Shown in pieces: positions 35,899 through 45,586 of a DNA stretch of 64,000 bases. The notes beneath the pieces are model-generated. The model searched no databases. It was given only the letters and a program-made list of their open reading frames with translations, and had not been told where the DNA came from. The stretch covers positions 73,386 through 137,385 of the forward strand of contig CAVRKH010000006.1 of NCBI GenBank assembly GCA_963721655.1, in the 5' to 3' direction. Position 1 is the stretch's first letter, and every line of letters starts with the position of its first letter. The translations under genes were made by a program, and so were the position numbers. The stretch comes from an uncultured Chloroflexia bacterium (GTDB lineage Bacteria > Chloroflexota > Limnocylindria > Limnocylindrales > CSP1-4).

Positions 35899-37557
35899 TC
35901 AGTCGGTCGACGGCGCCGGGGACCCGCCGCGGAACGACACCGGTTCCTCGACGGGGACCGTCACGCCGGCGCCGGGGATCGTGACGACCGCGACGACCGC
36001 CGCGATCGCAGCCGAGGCGATACCCACCATGAACGCCGCGCCGGTTGCAATCGAGAACGCCTGGTGGATCGCGTCGACGATCGCCGGGATGAACGGCTCG
36101 ACCTGGGCCTTGAACGCGTCCGGCACCGCGGCCAGGATCCTTGCGCCGAGGTCGCCGACCCCCGTCAGCTGATTGAGCGTGTTGCCACCGCCGCTCGCGA
36201 AGCCCTGCGCGATCTGTGGCGGAACCCCCGCCGCGGTCAACTGCGCGGGGACCTCCTTGAGGAGGGTCTCCGTGAAGATCGTGCCGGTGAGCGCCAGCCC
36301 GATCGTGCCGCCGACCTGCTGGAACAGCGTCAGGCTGCTGGTGCCCGTCCCGAGGTCACGGACCGGCACGTTGTTCTGGACGACCAGCGTGAAGACCGCG
36401 AACGCTGGACCAATGCCGAAGCCGATGATCGCCATCCACAGCCACAGCAGGGGCAGCGGCGTATCGGGCCGGATGTTGGTGGACAGGTACAGGCCGAGCG
36501 CCAGCAGGATCATCCCGACGACGACGACGACCTTGTACTGTCGCGTGCGGGCGACGATCTGGCCGCTGGCGATCGCCGAGAGGATCAGGCCGGCCAGGAG
36601 CGGCAGGATCTGGTAGCCCGACTCGAGCGCGGAGCTTCCGTTGACGACCTGGAACCAGCGCGGCAGGAAGACGATCGCCGCGAAGAAGCCCATGGCCGCG
36701 AGGAACATCGCGGTCACGCTCCCGGTGAACGCCGGGATGCGGAAGAGCTTGAGCGGCACGAGCGGCTCGTGGGCTCGGCTCTCGACGAAGATGAACGCGG
36801 CCAGGACGATTAACCCGAGGGCGATCAGCCCGCCCACAGTCGGGTCGGTCCACTCGCCGGACTGCTTGTTCGTGAACCCGATGAGGATCGGAACGAGCGC
36901 GCCGGTCAGGAGCGCGGCGCCCGCGTAGTCGAGCGAACGGTCCGCGATGTCCTCCGTGTGGAGCGGCAGCGTCCGCCAGATCACGACGAGGACGACCGCG
37001 CCAAGCGGCAGGTTGACGAAGAAGATCCAGTGCCAGCCGATCGTGTCGGTGATGATCCCGCCGATGGCCGGTCCGATGACCGAGCTGAGGCCGAACACCG
37101 CTCCGAAGAAGCCCTGGTACTTGCCCCGCTCGGACGGCGCGAAGATGTCGCCGATGATCGCGAGCGCCACCGGGAACAGCGCGCCCGCGCCGAGGCCCTG
37201 GATGCCGCGGAACAGGATGAACTGCCACATCTCCTGCGACAGCCCGCACAGCGCCGAGCCGACGAGGAAGATCGAGACGCCGATCAGGAAGATGGGCCGC
37301 CGCCCGTAGATGTCGGACAGCTTCCCGTAGATCGGGCCGCTGACGGTCGCGGTGAGCAGGTACGCGGTGAATGCCCAGACGTAGACGTCGTTGCCGTTGA
37401 GGTCGGTCACGATGGTCGGCAGCGCGGTCCCGACGATCGTCTGGTCCAGGGCGGCGAGGAGGATACCGAGGAGGACCGCGAACAGGATCTCCATCCGCTC
37501 GCGGTGCGGCAGCTCGATCGGGGCGCGGTCCTGGGCGGGTGGGTTCATGGCGGTCAT
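35899..37557 (-). CDS. MFS transporter, DHA2 (14-TM drug:H+ antiporter) family
   Basis: 552 aa intact, with 14 predicted TM segments and the GxLaDrxGrR-like motif GKLSDIYGRRP. Confidence 0.85.
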   Translation of the reverse strand: MTAMNPPAQDRAPIELPHRERMEILFAVLLGILLAALDQTIVGTALPTIVTDLNGNDVYVWAFTAYLLTATVSGPIYGKLSDIYGRRPIFLIGVSIFLVGSALCGLSQEMWQFILFRGIQGLGAGALFPVALAIIGDIFAPSERGKYQGFFGAVFGLSSVIGPAIGGIITDTIGWHWIFFVNLPLGAVVLVVIWRTLPLHTEDIADRSLDYAGAALLTGALVPILIGFTNKQSGEWTDPTVGGLIALGLIVLAAFIFVESRAHEPLVPLKLFRIPAFTGSVTAMFLAAMGFFAAIVFLPRWFQVVNGSSALESGYQILPLLAGLILSAIASGQIVARTRQYKVVVVVGMILLALGLYLSTNIRPDTPLPLLWLWMAIIGFGIGPAFAVFTLVVQNNVPVRDLGTGTSSLTLFQQVGGTIGLALTGTIFTETLLKEVPAQLTAAGVPPQIAQGFASGGGNTLNQLTGVGDLGARILAAVPDAFKAQVEPFIPAIVDAIHQAFSIATGAAFMVGIASAAIAAVVAVVTIPGAGVTVPVEEPVSFRGGSPAPSTD

Positions 37558-37895
37558 GACAGGACAATCCTCGTTGGGCAGGTCGGACGCAGTCAGCCCG
37601 TCCGGCGGCGGGCAGCCAGCGCCGTAGTCATTCCATTGTCGTTGGTGAGACGTCGAATTTCGACAGGAATCATCGGCCCGTGCCGAAATCGCAATGTTTG
37701 CAGGACGTAAGCGGCAAGATTAGGCTGGTCACTGGCGCCCGTCTCGCGCCTGACCGCTCACTCCGGTGCTCACGCCACCGGCCGAACACGGGAGCGGTAA
37801 AGGGGATCCGTATCCTCGGGATGCAGGTCGTGCGCCCTTCCGGCGGGCGAGCAGGAGCGTGGGTCCGCCGCCGCGCCGTGGAACGGAGCAGCACG

Positions 37896-38592
37896 ATGAC
37901 CACGCACAAGACCCTCAAGCATCGCGTGCGCGCGCGCATGGAGAAGACCGGCGAGCGCTACACGGCCGCGCGCCGCAACGTCACCGCGGCGGCCGCGGCG
38001 CCGAGCCCGAGCCGACGGCGCACGCCCGAAGCCCGCCCCGAGCGCGCCGCCTCCGGTCTCCGACGAGGCGGTCCGCAAGGCGACGGGACGGGGCTGGGAC
38101 GAGTGGTTCGCGATCCTCGACGACGCCGGCGCGGTGGGCTGGAAGCACCCCGACATCGCCCGCTGGGTCGTCGCCGAGCACGGCATCTCGGGCTGGTGGG
38201 CGCAGAGCGTCACGGTCGGGTTCGAGCGGGCGCGCGGTCTGCGCGCCGAGCACGAGCGGCCGTCGGGCTTCTCGCTGAGCGCGACGAAGACCGTGCACGT
38301 CCCGGTCGAGCGGCTGTACGAGGCGTTCGCCGATGCGAAGCAGCGCAACGACTGGCTGGGCCACGCGGCCCGCGTCCGGTCGTCGACGGCACCGCGGACC
38401 GTCAACCTCGACTGGGGGGACGGCTCGCGGGTCGCCGCGCGCTTCACGGCGCAGGGCCCGGCCAAGACCCAGGTCGCGCTCCAGCAGGAGCCGCTGCCCG
38501 ACGCCGCGGCGGTCGAGGAGCTGCGGGCGTTCTGGCGGCCGCGGCTGGCGGACCTCAAGAAGCGCCTCGAAGGCGGGTCGGCGTCGGTCTAG
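37896..38592 (+). CDS. Hypothetical protein with DUF4287-like N-region and SRPBCC/Aha1-like C-region, apparent frameshift near 38050
   Basis: MTTHKTLKHRVRARMEKTGERYTAARRNV (frame 2), then …SDEAVRKATGRGWDEWFAILDDAGAVGWKHPDIARWVVAEHGISGWW…VNLDWGDGSRVAARFTAQGPAKTQVALQQEPLPD (frame 1). Confidence 0.55.
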
Positions 38593-38622
38593 CCGACTCG
38601 ACGGCGCCGGCGTCATTTCTGG

Positions 38623-39117
38623 ATGCCGGCGCCGAAACTTCTAGACATCAGTGCGCCATGGCGGCAATACTCCGCGGTATGTCGGAATGCGCAGCTGAAG
38701 CGCCAAGCCAGGATCCGGGTCGGCCAGGCGGCCGAGATGCTCGGCGTCACCGTCGAGACGCTGCGGCGCTGGGAGACCGAAGGCCGCCTCACGATGGAGC
38801 GCTCCGAGGGCGGTCAGCGGCTCGTCGAGGTCGAGGAGATCTCGCGGCTCCTCGACGAGCGGCGACGCGCGTCGGCCGCACGGCCGATCGTCGCCCAGTC
38901 CGCCCGCAATCACTTCCCGGGCATCGTGACCCGGATCGAGCGCGATCGCGTCGCGGCCGTCGTCGAGGTCCAGGCCGGACCCCACCGGCTCGTCAGCCTG
39001 ATGACGGCCGAGGCCGTGGACGACCTCGACCTGAAGGTCGGCGACGAGGCGATCTGCACCGTCAAGGCAACCAACGTCGTCGTCGAGATCCCGTCCGCAC
39101 GGGAGCCCCGCTCGTGA
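38623..39117 (+). CDS. MerR-type HTH plus TOBE (molybdopterin-binding) domain transcriptional regulator
   Basis: HTH VGQAAEMLGVTVETLRRWE plus C-terminal TOBE NHFPGIVTRIERDRVAAVVEV…GDEAICTVKATNVVV. The stop overlaps the modA start (GTGA). The exact start is uncertain. Confidence 0.65.
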   Translation: MPAPKLLDISAPWRQYSAVCRNAQLKRQARIRVGQAAEMLGVTVETLRRWETEGRLTMERSEGGQRLVEVEEISRLLDERRRASAARPIVAQSARNHFPGIVTRIERDRVAAVVEVQAGPHRLVSLMTAEAVDDLDLKVGDEAICTVKATNVVVEIPSAREPRS

Positions 39118-39973
39118 AGATTCGCGGTCTGCCGTCGCGCTTGCCCTCGCCATGGTCGTGGCCGCGTGCTCGAGCGGCGGCTCGACGACGGCACCGTCGG
39201 CGCCGGCTGAGCCGTCCGCGGCGCCGAGCGCGGCGGCGCCTTCGACCGCCCCGAGCGCCGAGGCGGCCGCGCTGACGATCTTCGCCGCCGCGTCCCTGAA
39301 GAACATGCTCGCCGAGGCGGAAACCGCCTACGAGGCCGCGAACCCGGGGACCGATCTCACGATCTCGACCGACTCGTCGTCCGCCCTCGAAACGAAGATC
39401 GAGCAGGGCGCGCCCGCCGACGTCTTCCTGTCGGCCGACACGACCAATCCGCAGAAGCTCATCGATGGCGGGTTCGCGAGCGGCGAGGCAATCCCGTTCG
39501 CAGGCAACAAGCTGACCGTGATCGTGCCGACCGACAACCCGGCCGGGATCCAGTCGCCGGCGGATCTCGCGAAACCGGGGCTTCGGATCATCGCCGCGGG
39601 CGACGAGGTGCCGATCACGAAGTACGCGACGCAGTTGGTCGAGAACCTCGCCCAGCAGCCGGACGCTCCCGCCGGCTTCGCGGACGCATACGACGCGAAC
39701 GTTGCGTCGAAGGAGGACAACGTCAGCGCAATCGTGTCCAAGATCGAACTCGGCGAAGGCGATGCAGGGATCGTCTACGTCACCGACGCCGCCGCGTCCG
39801 ATGAGGTCACGCCGATCGATGTCCCTGACGCGGCCAACGTTCCGGCGACGTATGCGGGGGTGGTCGTCGGCGAGTCGCCGAACCAGGACGCGGCGGCCGC
39901 GTTCCTCGACTGGCTGACGGGCCCCGACGGCCAGGCCGTCCTGTCGTCGTTCGGCTTCCTGCCGCCGCCATGA
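39114..39973 (+). CDS. modA: Molybdate ABC transporter substrate-binding lipoprotein, apparent 1-nt deletion near 39135
   Basis: After correction: VKIRGLAVALALAMVVAACSS lipobox, then ModA motifs LTIFAAASLKN…VFLSADT…GIVYVTDA. Confidence 0.8.
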
Positions 39974-40849
39974 CATCCAGCGCCGGCACCGGCGCATCGA
40001 CACGGGTCGCACGCCAGGGGGGTGCGGTGCGACCCGACGACGGGCCGGACGTGTCCGTGTTCGGGGGGTGGACCGTCCGGCTCGTTGCCGGCCTCACGCT
40101 GCTGTTCCTCGGGCTGCCGGTCGTCGTCCTGATCGCGCGCTCCGTCCTGGACGGGTCGTTGACCAATGCGATCACGACCCCGGTCGTGCTCGACGCCCTG
40201 TTCCTGAGCCTCGTCACGACCTCGATCAGCCTGGTGCTCACGCGTGACGTTCGGTCTGCCACTCGCCTGGTTGATGGCACGGCGGACGTTCCGCGGATCG
40301 TGGCTCGTCGAGACGATCGTCGACCTGCCGATCGTCCTGCCGCCGGCCGTTGCCGGCCTGGGCCTGCTGCTGGTGTTCGGCCGCCGCGGCCTGCTCGGCG
40401 AACCGTTCGACCTCAGCATCCCGTTCACGACCCTCGCCGTGATCCTCGCCCAGACGTTCGTCTCGGCGCCGTTCTTCATCCGCTCCGCGCGGACTGGCAT
40501 CTCGAACGTCGACCTGGATCTCGAGGCCGCGGCGCGCGTCGACGGCGCCTCGGAGTTCCAGGTGTTCCGGCGGATCACGGCACCCCTGGCAGCAACCGCG
40601 CTCGCGGCCGGCCTCGTCATGACGTGGGCCCGCGCGCTCGGCGAGTTCGGCGCGACGATCATGTTCGCCGGCAGCATCGAGGGCCGGACGCAGACCCTGC
40701 CACTCGTCGTCTACGGCGAGTTCCAGGGCGGCGACCTCGATGCATCGATCGCCGCGGCCGCCATCCTCGTGCTGGCCGCGTTCGGCGTCCTCATCGCCGT
40801 CCGAATCCTGCACTGGGGTCGGGCGCTGGACACACGCCGCCTGGCCTGA
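39970..40849 (+). CDS. modB: Molybdate ABC transporter permease, apparent frameshift near 40250
   Basis: N-terminal TM part in frame 39970.. . The EAA loop EAAARVDGASEFQVFRRITAPLA and remaining TMs are in frame 40244..40849. The start overlaps the modA stop (ATGA). Confidence 0.8.
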
Positions 40850-40855
40850 CGAACG

Positions 40856-41236
40856 CTACGGTCCGGGCTCGTCCGCCGGCGGCGACGCCCACTCCTCGTC
40901 GCGGTCCGCCAGCCAGCGCGTGATGAACTGCGGGTTGCCGTGGATCGCGGTCAGGCGCAACTCGCCTGTCCCGGTGTTGGTGAACCCGTGCGGCACGTCC
41001 GGCGGCCCGACGACGACGTGACCCGCCTCGACGACGACCGTCTCGTCGCCGAGCACGAACGTGGCCTGCCCGGAATCCACGACGAACACCTCGGCGTACG
41101 GGTGCGTGTGGACCGCGGGCCCGGCCCCGGGCCGCGAGTGGACGAGGATGATCGAGAACGGGACGTCGCCGTGGTCGGCGCCGACGAACTCGTGGCTGTG
41201 GCGGGTGTGCGGCAGCGCGTCGAACGGGACGATCGA
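40856..41236 (-). CDS. Cupin-domain protein; start unresolved (possible 5' frameshift)
   Basis: Conserved cupin beta-barrel …IVPFDALPHTRHSHEFVGADHGD…VHTHPYAEVFVVDSGQATFVLGDETVVVEAGHVVVGPPDVPHGFTN. There is no in-frame ATG/GTG/TTG upstream. The ATG in the adjacent frame overlaps the cNMP-binding gene stop (TGATG). Confidence 0.6.
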   Translation of the reverse strand, partial: SIVPFDALPHTRHSHEFVGADHGDVPFSIILVHSRPGAGPAVHTHPYAEVFVVDSGQATFVLGDETVVVEAGHVVVGPPDVPHGFTNTGTGELRLTAIHGNPQFITRWLADRDEEWASPPADEPGP

Positions 41237-41252
41237 GGCTCGCGGCGCGCCA

Positions 41253-41670
41253 TCAGTCGAACGGGGCGTTTTCGTCGCTCCGGACTCGCTCGGTCAGGGC
41301 CATGAGGACGCCGAGGCGGACCGCACCGAAGCGGTCCATCAGCTCGAGGAACTCGGGCCGGCGGATCACCAGCGCCTTGACCGGGCCCGCCGCCGTGGCC
41401 GTCGCCGTCCGCGGCCGGCCGTCGATCAGGGAGATCTCGCCGAGGAAGTCGCCCGGGCCCAGGTTCCGGATCGTCATGCCGTTCTTCGAGATGACGAGCT
41501 GCCCGTCGACGACCACGTAGAAGGCGTCGCCCTCGTCGCCCTCGCGCGTCACGTCATCGCCGTCGGCGAACTGCGTCTCGGCGGCGAGGCCGGCGATCGC
41601 CTCCAGCGCGCTCTGCGGTCATGCCCCGAAAGAGCGGGACCTGCGTCAGGTGGTCGATGACGGCGCTCAT
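41253..41670 (-). CDS. Cyclic-nucleotide-binding domain protein (stand-alone cNMP-binding), apparent 1-nt deletion near 41615
   Basis: MSAVIDHLTQVPLFRGMT, then (shifted) QSALEAIAGLAAETQFADGDDVTREGDEGDAFYVVVDGQLVISKNG…GEISLIDGRPRTATATA (FGE/RxA-type cNMP pocket). Confidence 0.7.
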
Positions 41671-41746
41671 CAATTCCTCTCGGGTGCGGCGTGCTGTCCG
41701 CGCGACGGTAGCGGCGCTTCGTTAACGCACCGTCAACGCCGAGGGA

Positions 41747-42907
41747 TCACAACCACCCGCGTTTCCGGAAGATGAGCCACAGCCCGACACTGATGAGGAC
41801 CATGAGACTCAGGGCGAACGCGTAGCCGTATCCCCAGTGCAGCTCCGGGATGTTGTCGAAGTTCATCCCGTAGATCGTGCCGATCAGCGTCGGCGCGAAG
41901 ATGATCGCGGCCCACGCGGAGATGCGTTTGATCTCCTCGTTCTGGTCGTAGCTCGCCTCGGTCAGCCGCTTCATCTCCTCGGTCTGCGCCTGGTTGACGA
42001 GCGTCGCGTTGAGGGTCAGCACGTCGGACAGCATCTGGCGGAACCCGTCGACGCGCTCCACCACCGTCGTCGCGTGGTCGGCCACGTCGCGCAGGTAGCG
42101 CTGGAGCTCGTCGTCGGTGCCGTACTTGTCGAAGCCGGCCGTGAGCCCGTCCAGCATCGGCATCAACGGTCGCGTCGAGCGCTGGAATTCGATGACCTCG
42201 CCCGACAGCTCGTAGATGCGCCGGGACACCTTGGGGTCGTTGCTGAACACCTGGACCTCGATCTCGTCGATGTCCTTCTGGAGACCGGCGACGACCGGGG
42301 CATAGCCGTCGACGACGCCGTCGAGGATCGCGTAGAGGACCGCCTCCGGACCGCGCGCGAGCAGCTCCGGATCGTTCTCCATCCGTTCCCGGACGCGACC
42401 CAGGTCGGGCGTCCGGCTGTGGCGGACCGTGAGCACGAAGTTCGGTCCGACAAAGATGTGGATCTCGCCGAACTCGACCTCTTCCTCCTTGTCGAGGTAG
42501 GTCGCCGCTCGAAGCACGACGAACAGCGTGTCGCCGTAGCGCTCGAGCTTTGGCCGCTGGTGGGCAACGATCGCGTCCTCGACTGCGATCTCATGGAAGC
42601 CGAACTCATCGGCGACGGGCAGGAGCTGGGCTTCGGTCGGGCGGAGCATCCCGATCCAGGCGAAGGAGCCGGGCTCCTCGCGGAGCTGCTGCGTGACCTC
42701 GGCGACCGTCGCGGGACTGGCGATGCGCACGCCGTCGCGATAGATCGCGGCGTCGACGACGGACTTCTCGACCGGGGCGACGACGTCCTCGGGGCGGGCC
42801 TCCATCGAGACCTCGGGGGCCGGCTCGTCGCTGGGCCTTGGCCGTGCGGCACGGGTTCGGGAGAACGGTCGCGCTGGAAGCGGGAAACGCGTGCGTCGTT
42901 GGGCCAT
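41747..42907 (-). CDS. corA: Magnesium/cobalt transporter CorA
   Basis: C-terminal two TMs with the YGMNFDNIPEL signature (GMN motif) and cytoplasmic funnel domain. Start chosen at MAQRR inside the longer track ORF. Confidence 0.85.
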   Translation of the reverse strand: MAQRRTRFPLPARPFSRTRAARPRPSDEPAPEVSMEARPEDVVAPVEKSVVDAAIYRDGVRIASPATVAEVTQQLREEPGSFAWIGMLRPTEAQLLPVADEFGFHEIAVEDAIVAHQRPKLERYGDTLFVVLRAATYLDKEEEVEFGEIHIFVGPNFVLTVRHSRTPDLGRVRERMENDPELLARGPEAVLYAILDGVVDGYAPVVAGLQKDIDEIEVQVFSNDPKVSRRIYELSGEVIEFQRSTRPLMPMLDGLTAGFDKYGTDDELQRYLRDVADHATTVVERVDGFRQMLSDVLTLNATLVNQAQTEEMKRLTEASYDQNEEIKRISAWAAIIFAPTLIGTIYGMNFDNIPELHWGYGYAFALSLMVLISVGLWLIFRKRGWL

Positions 42908-42999
42908 GACGGTTCTCCGGGACGCCTGCGGGTGCGGCGCGTACAGGCTACCCCGCCCGGACCGCGGGCGCTCCGGGTGAACGGCGGTCCGGCGCGTGC

Positions 43000-43902
43000 T
43001 CAGTCGCGGTGCTTGAAGTTGCGTACCGCCATGCCGAGCATCGCGACCCCGAACCCGATCAGCACGAGCGCCTCGACGCCCATCGGCACGACCTGGCCCA
43101 TGATCGTCAGCCCGAACGCGTCGGACGAGCCGGGCGGCAGCGTCGGTGCGAGGACGATCCGCCGGATCGGGTCGATGCCGTAGGTCGCCGGGTTGAGGCG
43201 CGTCAGGACCGTCAGCCACGCCGGCAGGTTCGACAGCGGGAAGAGGGCGCCCGACAGGAAGAACATCGGCATCATCAGGAAGTTCATGACGACCTGGAAG
43301 CCCTGCATCGACTTCATCCGCGAGGCCAGCGCGACGCCCATGGCGGACAGCGCGAACGCCAGCAGGAACACGAACGGCACGAGCAGCAGCACCAATTCGA
43401 TCGTCAGCTTGACGCCGACCAGCGGCGCCAGGACGAGCAGGATCAGGCCCTGGATCATTGCCTGGGTGGCCCCGCCGAGCGTCTTGCCGATCGCCACCGC
43501 CGAGCGGTCGATGGGCGCGACCAGGACCTCCTTCAGGAAGCCGAATTCACGGTCCCACACGATCGACATCGCGCCGAACACCGCGGCGAACAGGACGGCC
43601 ATCCCGATGATCCCGGGGAACACGAACTGGATGTAGTCGACCGGACCGGTCGCCTGGCCCGAGCCGGAAATGGCCGCCGACAGGCCGGTCCCGAAGATCA
43701 GCAGGAACAGCAGCGGCTGGGCGAGCGAGGCCACGATCCGGGCGCGGTCGCGCCAGAACCGGAGCAGGTCGCGGTACCAGATGATGTAGACGGCACGCAG
43801 GGTGCCGGCAAACCCGGTCGAGGGCCGCCCGACCGCGCGCCGGACGGGCTGGAGGGTTGCCTCCTGGTTGAGGCTCTCGCTGGTCAATTCCGGCCTCCCC
43901 AC
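43000..43902 (-). CDS. ABC-2-type transporter permease
   Basis: Six-TM ABC-2 permease pattern. Overlaps the upstream ATPase gene by about 19 nt, so its real start may be internal. Confidence 0.75.
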   Translation of the reverse strand: MGRPELTSESLNQEATLQPVRRAVGRPSTGFAGTLRAVYIIWYRDLLRFWRDRARIVASLAQPLLFLLIFGTGLSAAISGSGQATGPVDYIQFVFPGIIGMAVLFAAVFGAMSIVWDREFGFLKEVLVAPIDRSAVAIGKTLGGATQAMIQGLILLVLAPLVGVKLTIELVLLLVPFVFLLAFALSAMGVALASRMKSMQGFQVVMNFLMMPMFFLSGALFPLSNLPAWLTVLTRLNPATYGIDPIRRIVLAPTLPPGSSDAFGLTIMGQVVPMGVEALVLIGFGVAMLGMAVRNFKHRD

Positions 43903-44876
43903 GCGCGCCCGAACATCCGCATCATGTCGGTCGCTCCTGCAGCTTCGTCGCGGATCGCGTGACCCGTGAGCTTGAGGAACACGTCGTCGAGGCTCGGTCG
44001 GTGGAACGAGACCGACGTCACCGGAACGGACAGCTCGCGGACGAGCCGCGGCATGAAGGCGGCCGCATCCTCGACTTCGACGCGGACGGAGCCGTCGGCG
44101 ACGATCGGCTCCAGGGCGAAGCGCTCACGGATGTCGGTGGCGGCCGCCTCGTTGTCATCGGTCTGCACCGTCACGATGTCGCCGCCGACGAGCGCCTTGA
44201 GCTCCGCGGGCGTGCCCACCGCGACGATCTGCCCGCCGTCGATGATCGCGATCCGGTCGCACTCTTCGGCCTCGTCCATGTAGTGGGTCGTCATGAACAG
44301 GGTCACACCGGCCTCGTCGCGGAGGCGGCGGAGGTACGCCCAGATGTGACGGCGGGTCTGCGGATCGAGCCCGATCGTCGGCTCGTCGAGGAACAGCACC
44401 TCGGGCGTGTGGAGCATCCCGCGGGCGATCTCGAGCCGCCGCTTCATCCCGCCCGAGAAGGTCATCACGCGCGAGTTCGCGCGATCGGTGAGCTCGACCA
44501 TCTCGAGCACCTCGGCGATCCGCTGCTTGCGCTCGGCGGAGGGCACCGAATAGACGAAGGCGTGGAACTGCAGGTTCTCGCGGGCAGTGAGCTGACCGTC
44601 GAGCGACGGGTCCTGGAAGACGAGCCCGATCCGGGCGCGCACGTCGGCCTGCTGGCGGTCGACGTCGAAGCCGGCGACCGTCGCCGTGCCACCTGTCGGA
44701 CGCATCAGCGTGCAGAGCATGTTGATCGTGGTGGACTTGCCCGCCCCGTTCGGGCCGAGGAAGCCGAAGATCTCGCCGGGCTGCACGTCGAGGTCGATGC
44801 CCTTGACGGCCTCGAGCTCACCGAACCGCTTGGTGAGACCCGCGGCGTGGATGACCGGAGCTGCGAGGTCCGTCAT
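43884..44876 (-). CDS. ABC transporter ATP-binding protein (DrrA-like exporter ATPase)
   Basis: Walker A GPNGAGKST, Q-loop, signature SGGMKRRLEIARGM, Walker B LFLDEPTIGLD, H-loop. Confidence 0.9.
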   Translation of the reverse strand: MTDLAAPVIHAAGLTKRFGELEAVKGIDLDVQPGEIFGFLGPNGAGKSTTINMLCTLMRPTGGTATVAGFDVDRQQADVRARIGLVFQDPSLDGQLTARENLQFHAFVYSVPSAERKQRIAEVLEMVELTDRANSRVMTFSGGMKRRLEIARGMLHTPEVLFLDEPTIGLDPQTRRHIWAYLRRLRDEAGVTLFMTTHYMDEAEECDRIAIIDGGQIVAVGTPAELKALVGGDIVTVQTDDNEAAATDIRERFALEPIVADGSVRVEVEDAAAFMPRLVRELSVPVTSVSFHRPSLDDVFLKLTGHAIRDEAAGATDMMRMFGRAWGGRN

Positions 44877-45481
44877 GCGTCGGCCTCCGCCGGTTCGTCA
44901 TCGGCGAGGAGTCGGTAGAGGTCCCGCCGCGCGGCGACGAGGAGCCGGTGCGCCTCGCCGATCGCGACCGGCGAGCCGACCTTCGCGACCTGCATGGCGG
45001 CACGCGCGAGCTCGATCGCGTCGCGCCGGACATCGGGCGACGAGTCGTCGGACACGCCCAGGCGTACCGCGACCAGTGGGGACTCGGTCGCGGCCAGCGA
45101 GGCCGCCTCGGCGTGGCCCTCGTCGGTCAGCCGGTAGGTTCGCCGGCCATCGACCTCTTCGCTGCGGACGAGACCCTCGTCCTCGAGCTGCTGGAGGGTT
45201 GGGTAGATGGAGCCAGCGCTGGGGCGCCAATGGCCACCACTGCGCTCCTCGAGCACCCGGATGACCTGGTAGCCGTGCATCGGTTCGTCCTTGAGGACAG
45301 CGAGGATCGCGGTTCGGACATCTCCGCGCCGGACCGTGGGCCGGCCGTGGCGGAAGTCGAGCAGGAACTCGCGGAACCAGGCCCGGCCCGGATCGCTACG
45401 GGCGGGACGGCGTCCGCGTTGTCGGGGCGTTGGAGTGTGCATGAGGTACCTCGTGGACGCGAGCGAGTCGTGTTGCGTCAC
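44873..45481 (-). CDS. PadR-family transcriptional regulator
   Basis: PadR winged HTH RTAILAVLKDEPMHGYQVIRVLEERSGGHWRPSAGSIYPTLQQLEDEGLV. First gene of the PadR-ABC exporter operon; 4-nt overlap with the ATPase gene. Confidence 0.8.
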   Translation of the reverse strand: MTQHDSLASTRYLMHTPTPRQRGRRPARSDPGRAWFREFLLDFRHGRPTVRRGDVRTAILAVLKDEPMHGYQVIRVLEERSGGHWRPSAGSIYPTLQQLEDEGLVRSEEVDGRRTYRLTDEGHAEAASLAATESPLVAVRLGVSDDSSPDVRRDAIELARAAMQVAKVGSPVAIGEAHRLLVAARRDLYRLLADDEPAEADA

Positions 45482-45586
45482 GATATATCGCGACTGTTCC
45501 CGCCGTCAATCATGACAGGACATGGCTGGTCGGTCGCCGTACCATGACCGTCCCCGACGTTCACTGCCCGAGGACGGGAGGTCCCC

